Assembly: GCA_038217285.1 (NCBI GenBank)
Contig: JBBQPO010000234.1
Coordinates: 1 to 10,009, forward strand
Direction: 5' to 3'
Origin: Chthonomonadales bacterium
Lineage (GTDB): Bacteria > Armatimonadota > Chthonomonadetes > Chthonomonadales > Chthonomonadaceae
Length of the DNA stretch: 10,009 nucleotides
Under the pieces are notes generated by a model that searched no databases, had not been told where the DNA came from, and saw nothing but the letters and a program-made list of their open reading frames with translations. Each line of letters opens with the position of its first letter. Positions within the stretch are counted from its first letter, which is position 1. A program made the translations under genes and the position numbers. Of this stretch, positions 1 to 5,961 are shown in pieces.

Positions 1-2
1 TT

Positions 3-710
3 CCCGGCGTCAGCGGGCGGCAGATGCGGCTGGTGAAACTGCGGCCGGAAGACCATCGCGGCGGTCTGCTCGGCATGAGCAGTGTGCTCGCCCTCACCTC
101 CCACACCTATCGCACCAGCCCGACCCTGCGCGGCAAATGGATCCTGGAGGTGCTGTTCGGAACGCCTCCACCTCCACCACCGCCCGGCGTCAGTCAGATC
201 GCCGACGAGCAGAAGAAGCAGACGACGGGAACGACCTTCCGAGAGCTTTTGGCACAGCATGCCGGTCAGCCCGCGTGCGCCGGCTGCCACGCCAAAATCG
301 ACCCACTCGGCTTCGCAATGGAGAACTACGACGCCATCGGACGCTGGCGCAGAGAACAGGCAGGACAGTTGCTCGACACCGCAGCCAGACTACCGACGGG
401 GGAGAAACTGAACGGCAGCGACGAGCTAAAACGTCTCTTGATTCAACGCAAAGAGATTTTTCTGCGCAACATGACGGGCCAGATGCTCGCCTACGCCCTC
501 GGTCGTCAGTTGCAGCCCGCCGATACTGCGACGGTCAACGACGTCGCCTCCGACCTGCAGCAGAACGGCAATCGCTTTTCCATCCTGATCACGGACCTTG
601 TCCTGAGCCGGGCGTTCCGCTATCGACGCAATGTCGCGGTGCCCGCCGAACCGACTCCACCTGCCACTCAGCCTCATGCGAAGCCCACCGCCCACCGCAA
701 ATCGAAGTAA
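3..710 (+). CDS. C-terminal part of a DUF1592/DUF1588/DUF1585 (planctomycete PSD/PSCyt3 cytochrome-domain) protein; 5' end lies outside the window
   Basis: The frame is open from position 3. Typical motifs are RGGLLG..SVL...S...RTSPTLRGKWIL, the poly-Pro run TPPPPPPPGV, the heme-binding CAGCH (276-290) followed by KIDPLGFAMENYDAIGRWR, then AYALGR and the terminal FRYRR. Stop TAA at 708-710. Confidence 0.9.
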   Translation, partial: PGVSGRQMRLVKLRPEDHRGGLLGMSSVLALTSHTYRTSPTLRGKWILEVLFGTPPPPPPPGVSQIADEQKKQTTGTTFRELLAQHAGQPACAGCHAKIDPLGFAMENYDAIGRWRREQAGQLLDTAARLPTGEKLNGSDELKRLLIQRKEIFLRNMTGQMLAYALGRQLQPADTATVNDVASDLQQNGNRFSILITDLVLSRAFRYRRNVAVPAEPTPPATQPHAKPTAHRKSK

Positions 711-711
711 G

Positions 712-1356
712 TTAGATGTGAGCCAACCTTCGCAGACCGGACACGAATCTGTTAAAACTGGGTGAAGCGTTGCGCTCGATGTCCATGTGTTCTCCGATGC
801 TCGTGGCCCAGTCGTGTTTCAGGTTGCCGGGCAACGGCCAGCCAATCTTATGAACAGCGCTCACGCCTCCAGGATAGACGACATCCGCGAGGAACTCCCA
901 GGTCCCGCAGACACTGTCCTGTTCATACTTCGAAAGAGCGGATTGCTTTAGTTTTGGGTAGGCCGTCCGAATCGCTGTAGGATCGCCAAGGTACCAGGCT
1001 TCGATCTCTTCGATGGCGATGCGAAACATAGTCTCGGGAAGTTCGCTTGCATTCGCCACAGCGTTCAATTCGTGCAGGAAATCCCGGCAGTTCTTCCGGT
1101 CCGAATCGACCACGACTACAACCGCATCAATGCCCGGCGTCTTCGCATATCCCCGCAATATAGCGGGCAGTCGATCAAGCAAAATGCGTTTTCGGGCGTC
1201 CATCGTAGGCTTCAGGTGTTTAGGCGTCCTGCCGATGCCTTTGTAAGCATGTATGGCCCAGGTGTGCGGATGGCCAAAGGCTCCGACAATCCGGGGGATA
1301 AGTAGTTCCAACAGCGCGGTTCCCGAGCTATCCTCTACAAGAAACTCAATGTGCAT
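712..1356 (-). CDS. DUF4276-family (TOPRIM-like, RloB-related) protein, 214 aa; putative nuclease partner of the upstream ATPase
   Basis: The likely start is the ATG at 1356 (MHIEFLVEDSSG), overlapping the ATPase stop by 11 nt. TOPRIM-like motifs are the N-terminal FLVED glutamate, VVVDSD (DxD) and AIEEIEAWYLGD, with a C-terminal N.SPSF motif. Confidence 0.8.
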   Translation of the reverse strand: MHIEFLVEDSSGTALLELLIPRIVGAFGHPHTWAIHAYKGIGRTPKHLKPTMDARKRILLDRLPAILRGYAKTPGIDAVVVVVDSDRKNCRDFLHELNAVANASELPETMFRIAIEEIEAWYLGDPTAIRTAYPKLKQSALSKYEQDSVCGTWEFLADVVYPGGVSAVHKIGWPLPGNLKHDWATSIGEHMDIERNASPSFNRFVSGLRRLAHI

Positions 1357-2587
1357 CGGTTTCTCGATCCATATAGTCGCTGTACCACAGGCCACCGAGC
1401 GGCAAGCCTTCATTAACGAGATTCTGCACGATGGGAATGCTCGAAGCCCGCTTAATCGCAGAATATCCGTCCGCCCCCTTTTCCAGAATCCAGACTTCGG
1501 ACGGACGAAGTGAGTCCACAAAATAGGGTTGATGGGTTGTGACAAACATCTGAGGCGCATTTTTCTTGCCCGTGGCATGAGCGCGGAACTCATCGGCAAG
1601 TGTTCCGAGGAGCTTGTGGTACAGCCCATTTTCCGGCTCTTCAATACAGATAAAGGGCGGCGGCTCGGGATCTTCCAGCATGAGCAGGTATGCGAAGATT
1701 TTGAGCGTCCCATCCGACATCTGTTGAGAAAAGAACGGATCGGAAAATGCTCCATCGTTAAATCTCAAGAGTACACGCTTGTCATCCGTCACCTTTGTGT
1801 CAATGTTTTTTATGCCAGGTATCTTGTCAGCGATTCTCTGGAGGATCTGAGCAAAGCGATCGCCTTGCTCGCGTTCCATGTACTGAACGACATTGCCAAT
1901 ATTATCCCCATGCAGATTAAGGTGTCGTTGGGGACCGGCAGCAGGCAGGCTTCGCGCCGCATCAGGTGTGAAATAGGAGAGATACCAGCCCTTCAGAAAG
2001 TCCCGAAACTGTTTGATTCGGGTATGCTCCTGGAGGGTTCCTAGCGTCGCGATTCCCAGTTGACGCGAATCCGTAAGAGTAACGGACCGTTTTACCGGGT
2101 CTTCTTCGCCCTCGACCTCGACTGCGTCCTCGCCGTCCCATACAGATCCCTGGCCATGATGGAGACGCAGAAAGGGAAACGGGCGACCGTGAGACTGGCC
2201 CTTTCGTCGCTGTTTAAGAACTTCCGATTCAACGAAAGGACGGCCTATTGAATCAAGATTTAGCGCCAGTTCATACGTGATTGGACGTGCTTGTAGGGCC
2301 TCCCTGTAATAGATTTCAAAGCGAATGGGCTCATGGGAGCCTATAGAACGAAGCCGCTCGAACCCGCCACGTTGGTGAAGATCGCAGGCAGATTCAACGT
2401 CGAAATTTAAGCAGTCGGAGATGAACCCGAACGCATCGAATAACGTACTCTTTCCGGTGCCGTTCTTTCCGATTACCACCGTAAGCGGATCCAGTGGATT
2501 TTCGTGCTGTAAGTTGGACAGTTTGCCTAGCGTGACGTCTCGCAAAGCACGGTAGTTCTGAACCCGGAAACCTTCAATTAATGCCAT
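1346..2587 (-). CDS. ABC-type ATPase (AAA_21/AAA_15, AbiEii/OLD-like), 413 aa
   Basis: N-terminal VQNYRAL strand, Walker A GKNGTGKS (2447-2470), signature MSDGT, Walker B/D-loop ICIEEPENGLY and H-switch VTTHQP. No transmembrane segment and no permease gene nearby. Confidence 0.92.
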   Translation of the reverse strand: MALIEGFRVQNYRALRDVTLGKLSNLQHENPLDPLTVVIGKNGTGKSTLFDAFGFISDCLNFDVESACDLHQRGGFERLRSIGSHEPIRFEIYYREALQARPITYELALNLDSIGRPFVESEVLKQRRKGQSHGRPFPFLRLHHGQGSVWDGEDAVEVEGEEDPVKRSVTLTDSRQLGIATLGTLQEHTRIKQFRDFLKGWYLSYFTPDAARSLPAAGPQRHLNLHGDNIGNVVQYMEREQGDRFAQILQRIADKIPGIKNIDTKVTDDKRVLLRFNDGAFSDPFFSQQMSDGTLKIFAYLLMLEDPEPPPFICIEEPENGLYHKLLGTLADEFRAHATGKKNAPQMFVTTHQPYFVDSLRPSEVWILEKGADGYSAIKRASSIPIVQNLVNEGLPLGGLWYSDYMDRETDAH

Positions 2588-2617
2588 GAACTCGTTCCAT
2601 TTCTGATTGGTTCAATC

Positions 2618-3349
2618 CTACTTCGCGGCTAGAACCTGTGCAGGGGTAGCGAGTGGACAATCAGCCCAACCGATGCTCAGAGAAGTACCATTGACGGATG
2701 TTCTGACCAACCTTCCTGATATAGGGACAACTCCTAAAGCGTTACAGAAGACATCATAGTCCTGAAGGCTTTTGGTCGGCTTTCCAAAAGCCTGCACCAC
2801 GAAGGCGGCGTGCGTGAATCCATATCGCTCGGCCTCGATTACGGCAGATGCGCAGCGGTGCAGCAACTGATAGCGAATATGGGCGAAAGAACTCGAAGGC
2901 GGTAGATGGGAGCGAAGGTAAGCCCATCGTTCGTCTCGGTTTACTCTGGATGCGTCCGTTCCGCTACCCTTTAGCCATGTTTCGAGTGTCTCATCGCCGA
3001 AGGATTCGTTGGCTTTCGCCTCGACTGTCAGCGACATCAGACCCACCGATGTCTTTACAATAGCCCACACGTCGCATTGCGAGTCTGCGGTGCCGCCCGG
3101 AAGTTTTACTTTATGTTCGGCAACTGCAGACAACAGGACCGGTGCGCCATATTCGCTCCCCTGAAAGAGCTGAGCAATGGGCTCTGGCATCCCGGAAGGC
3201 GTACTGAATCCAGACTTGCTTTTCGCCGCGATTTCCCAAGAGATAGCTGTCTCCATTGCGGAAAATCCTTGCTCCCATTGGCGTTCAGGACTGGCTAAAC
3301 GTTCCTGCCAACTCGTAATACCATGCGTTGCTGTGGACAATCGGTTCAT
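2618..3349 (-). CDS. DUF6946-like protein with PD-(D/E)xK restriction-endonuclease-like motif, 243 aa
   Basis: GGAGG RBS (complement of 3361-3365). N-terminal W...LA.P.RQW..G.SAM..A..W, catalytic-like EH....GG..DSQCDV...LTVEAK.NESFG (D...E-x-K) and RYQLLHR.ASAVIEA. The family name is from recall. Confidence 0.7.
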   Translation of the reverse strand: MNRLSTATHGITSWQERLASPERQWEQGFSAMETAISWEIAAKSKSGFSTPSGMPEPIAQLFQGSEYGAPVLLSAVAEHKVKLPGGTADSQCDVWAIVKTSVGLMSLTVEAKANESFGDETLETWLKGSGTDASRVNRDERWAYLRSHLPPSSSFAHIRYQLLHRCASAVIEAERYGFTHAAFVVQAFGKPTKSLQDYDVFCNALGVVPISGRLVRTSVNGTSLSIGWADCPLATPAQVLAAK

Positions 3350-3378
3350 ATAGGAAATACCCTCCGTGTAGACTGGAT

Positions 3379-3479
3379 ACGCCTGGGTTCGTTTGCCTGG
3401 AGGGAAACGATTTGCCTGGCGTCGACTCCGTGTGCAAACTCCTTGGCAATAGGGAAAAGCAACAGGACCTGCCTGGCAA
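3379..3479. repeat. Cluster of degenerate TTGCC(A/T)GGCAA palindromic motifs
   Basis: Copies at 3393-3403 (8/11), 3412-3422 (9/11), 3439-3449 (8/11) and 3469-3479 (10/11), plus a weaker one at 3379-3389 (6/11). AGGGAAA is repeated at 3401 and 3451. Confidence 0.5.
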
Positions 3480-3538
3480 TTCGCGGCGACTGTATCGAAT
3501 TCCTCTTCGGCATCCGTGAGCAGCCCTGCGCATCTATG

Positions 3539-3565
3539 TGGTATGATTTTAAAGGTTGTAACCTT
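3539..3565 (+). promoter_or_regulatory. Extended -10 promoter candidate for the DUF1552 operon with adjacent palindromic operator-like site
   Basis: TG-g-TATGAT at 3539-3547, followed by the inverted repeat AAGGTT-gt-AACCTT (3552-3565) overlapping the expected transcription start. Confidence 0.45.
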
Positions 3566-3631
3566 CGGCCTCAGGCTTTGCTATACGTATGAGCGAGTTG
3601 GTGAACGCAGTTTTGCGTGTCGAGGAGAATT

Positions 3632-5077
3632 ATGGGAATTACGAACGAGCCGATTTCGCGCCGCAATGTGCTTCGTGCCGCCGGGGGAGCGCTGGCACTG
3701 CCGTTTCTGGAGTCGTTGCTGCCGACGAGCGCCCGCGCCGCAGGCAAGATCGTGAAGCCGCCGGTGCGCATGGGCATCTTCTCCGTCACGGGCGGCACCG
3801 TGCTCGAGTCCTGGAGGCCGAAAGAGGTGGGCGCGCTGAAGACGATGCCCTCCATTCTCCGCTCGCTGGAGTTCGCCAAGAACGATGTCACGGTGCTGTC
3901 CGGTCTGTCGCAGACGGGCCATACCGACAATCTGAACGGGCACGAGCACTGCGCCTATCTGCACCTGACCGCAGCCGAGACCGCGAAGAAGGAGGCTGGA
4001 AAACCCTATGTGGGCGTCTCGGTGGATCAACTGGCGGCTCAGAGGATCGGCTCACAGACGTTTCTGCCCTCCATCGAGGTCGGTATCAACAGCAACCAGT
4101 ACTCGTTCCGCGACGTCAACACGCCGGTTCCCTACGAGAGCAATCCTCGCTTTGTCTACGAGCGGATGTTCCGGGGCCGGAAGCCCGTCGTGCCCAACTG
4201 GCAGCGTCGCGCCGCCGCAGGCCCTGCCGCCCCCCCGAAAACCTCCGGCCCGTCTTCCGACGAGCAGAGCGTACTCGACCTGGTGCTGGAACAGACGAAA
4301 GACCTGCGCCGCTCGCTCGGGTATGCCGACCGCGACAAGCTGGACGGCTATCTGACGTCGGTGCGCTCGGTGGAAACCCGCCTTTCGCGCCTGGAATCCC
4401 GGCTCTACGAAGAGGTGCTGGATGCCCAGCATCCAGGCCCCTCCCACCTCCTGCATCCCGGTTCCTATCCCGAGGGCATTCCGTTCTATAAGATCAGCCG
4501 CGAGGTCGAGAGCGATCCGGAGAAGCATGGCGAGTATATCCGCATCATGGCCGATCTGCTCGTGCTGGCATTCCAGACGGATACGACACGGATCGCCGTC
4601 TTCGCGGCGGGCAGTGACGAAGCGCTCTTCCCCGGCGTCGTCACGGTCGGCTACGAGCGGCACTGTCACACGCTGGAGCATCAGGGCAATGCGGCGAAGG
4701 TGGAAGAGGCCGACCCCATCGCGCGCGAAGCCTGCCGCCAGATCCACGCCTGGTACACCGCGCTGTTCGCGGAGTCGGTGAAGAAGATGAAGGAGATCGA
4801 CGAGGGCGGCTCCACACTGCTCGACAACTCGATTCTGCTCTACACCTCCTACATGGCGGACGGCGGACACGGCACAGACGACTATCCCATACTGCTGGCA
4901 GGGCGCGGCGGTGGCTCCCTCAAACCCGGCCGACACATCGCCTACGAGCCGGGGACGCCCGTGGCAAACCTCTATGTCGAGATGCTGGAGCGCATGGGCA
5001 TAAAGGCCGATGGCTTCGGCAACAGCAAAACCTCCGAAACGGCGCGCTATAACGGTCGCCTACCGGGACTGGGATAA
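3632..5077 (+). CDS. DUF1552 (HXXSHH) domain protein with Tat-like signal, 481 aa
   Basis: GAGGAG RBS at 3622-3627 and ATG at 3632. Motifs are ISRRNVLRAAGGALALPFLESL, SVDQLAAQRIG..T.LPSIEVG, NPR.VYERMF, SVLD.V, D..KLD.YLTSVR.VE.RL, LAFQTDTTRI, EGGSTLLDNS and P.LLAGRGGG.LKPGRH....TPVANL. Confidence 0.92.
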   Translation: MGITNEPISRRNVLRAAGGALALPFLESLLPTSARAAGKIVKPPVRMGIFSVTGGTVLESWRPKEVGALKTMPSILRSLEFAKNDVTVLSGLSQTGHTDNLNGHEHCAYLHLTAAETAKKEAGKPYVGVSVDQLAAQRIGSQTFLPSIEVGINSNQYSFRDVNTPVPYESNPRFVYERMFRGRKPVVPNWQRRAAAGPAAPPKTSGPSSDEQSVLDLVLEQTKDLRRSLGYADRDKLDGYLTSVRSVETRLSRLESRLYEEVLDAQHPGPSHLLHPGSYPEGIPFYKISREVESDPEKHGEYIRIMADLLVLAFQTDTTRIAVFAAGSDEALFPGVVTVGYERHCHTLEHQGNAAKVEEADPIAREACRQIHAWYTALFAESVKKMKEIDEGGSTLLDNSILLYTSYMADGGHGTDDYPILLAGRGGGSLKPGRHIAYEPGTPVANLYVEMLERMGIKADGFGNSKTSETARYNGRLPGLG

Positions 5078-5081
5078 CGGA

Positions 5082-5954
5082 ATGAGCAGTCTCTTTGTCG
5101 GCGTCGGGTACAACGGGACGCGTATCACCTCCGCAGATGGGCGCACCTGGAACACACCGACAACAGGGCGGGAAGGCGAGATCTACCGCGCTGTCTGCTT
5201 CGGCAATGGCCTGTGCGTCGCGGCAGGCTCTTACGGAGGCAACAACCTGTTCGCGGTCAGCCGCGACGGCGTGACGTGGCAGAGCCAGGAGAAGGATGCC
5301 GGCTATAGTCTCTACATTCGCGGCCTCGTGTTCGCACAGGGGACGTTTATCGGACTGGGCGGCGACGGCGCTACGGTGGGAGTGTCACGGCCCTTCGAGA
5401 TACACTCTGCCGACGGCGTGGGCTGGACGCCGGTGCATGAGTTCTATGGCAAGCACCTGCTCCGGCGCGCAGCATTCGGCAATGGCACGTTCGTCGGGGT
5501 CGGCGACCGGGGCCGACGCGCCGTCTCCGCCAACGGTTTCGTCTGGAAAGATCTGCAGGATGTGAAGGCCATCGATACTCTGGTGGATGTGGCCTTTGGC
5601 AACGGGGTTTTCGTCGGGGTCGGGCTGAACGGTCTGCGGCAGCGCACGGTCGATGGGCAGACCTGGACAGATCGACAGATCGGCATGGAGGGCGAACATC
5701 TCAACTCGGTGCTCTGGACCGGAGAGAAGTTCGTCGCTGTCGGCGCGGGGGCGACGTACACCTCGCCGGAGGGGCGCAAATGGATCCGCCTGCCGAACCA
5801 CAATGCGCCCTTGACCGCCGCCTACGGCAACGGGGTCTATGTCGGGGCGCAGTGGAAGGGAAGGCTGCTGTTTTCGACCGACGCCGTGGAGTGGAAAGTG
5901 GTCAAGAAGTGCGACGCCCACATCGAAGTCGTCAGCTTCGGGGCGCTGGGATGA
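5082..5954 (+). CDS. BNR/Asp-box repeat beta-propeller protein, 290 aa
   Basis: ATG 4 nt after the DUF1552 stop, consistent with an operon. About seven repeats of (V/A)xFGNGxFVxVG...SxDGxTW (SADGRTW, SRDGVTW, SADGVGW, SANGFVW, TVDGQTW, SPEGRKW, STDAVEW). Confidence 0.85.
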   Translation: MSSLFVGVGYNGTRITSADGRTWNTPTTGREGEIYRAVCFGNGLCVAAGSYGGNNLFAVSRDGVTWQSQEKDAGYSLYIRGLVFAQGTFIGLGGDGATVGVSRPFEIHSADGVGWTPVHEFYGKHLLRRAAFGNGTFVGVGDRGRRAVSANGFVWKDLQDVKAIDTLVDVAFGNGVFVGVGLNGLRQRTVDGQTWTDRQIGMEGEHLNSVLWTGEKFVAVGAGATYTSPEGRKWIRLPNHNAPLTAAYGNGVYVGAQWKGRLLFSTDAVEWKVVKKCDAHIEVVSFGALG

Positions 5955-5961
5955 AAACGGT

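Larger units (their letters stand above)
711..3530 (-). other. Putative horizontally acquired defence islet (three co-oriented genes)
   Basis: Opposite orientation to both flanks, and it separates the DUF1592 gene from the DUF1552 gene. Hand-counted 60-nt lines give 43% (1801), 48% (2401) and 60% (1081) GC inside versus 65% (4561) and 78% (4201) in the flank. The right boundary is approximate. Confidence 0.65.

Noticed and set aside
1357-1755. 133-aa N-terminal extension of the 712..1755 ORF
   Set aside because: It overlaps the ATPase coding region in another frame and has no protein-like features. The recognisable domain starts at MHIEFLVED (1356).
1529-2044. 171-aa antisense ORF inside the ATPase (possible hidden antitoxin)
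   Set aside because: No recognisable motif; it is explained as a shadow of the real gene.
3379-3479. CRISPR array or retron ncRNA interpretation of the repeats
   Set aside because: The repeats are only about 11 bp, degenerate and irregularly spaced. There is no cas or reverse transcriptase gene in the window.
3285-3592. Small ORFs in the divergent intergenic region (possible regulator or leader peptide)
   Set aside because: No HTH or other motif, they overlap each other and the DUF6946 start, and no convincing RBS was seen.
700-3630. Target-site duplication or att sites bounding the cassette
   Set aside because: Only short chance-level matches were found by eye (e.g. ATCGAA at 701 and 3494). 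No integrase or transposase is present.
3589-4936. Long alternative-frame ORFs 3589..4491 (+) and 4052..4936 (-)
   Set aside because: Typical high-GC shadow ORFs over the well-supported DUF1552 gene.
5010-5081. Upstream start of the beta-propeller ORF
   Set aside because: It overlaps the DUF1552 3' end and is not a signal peptide. The ATG at 5082 begins the first repeat.
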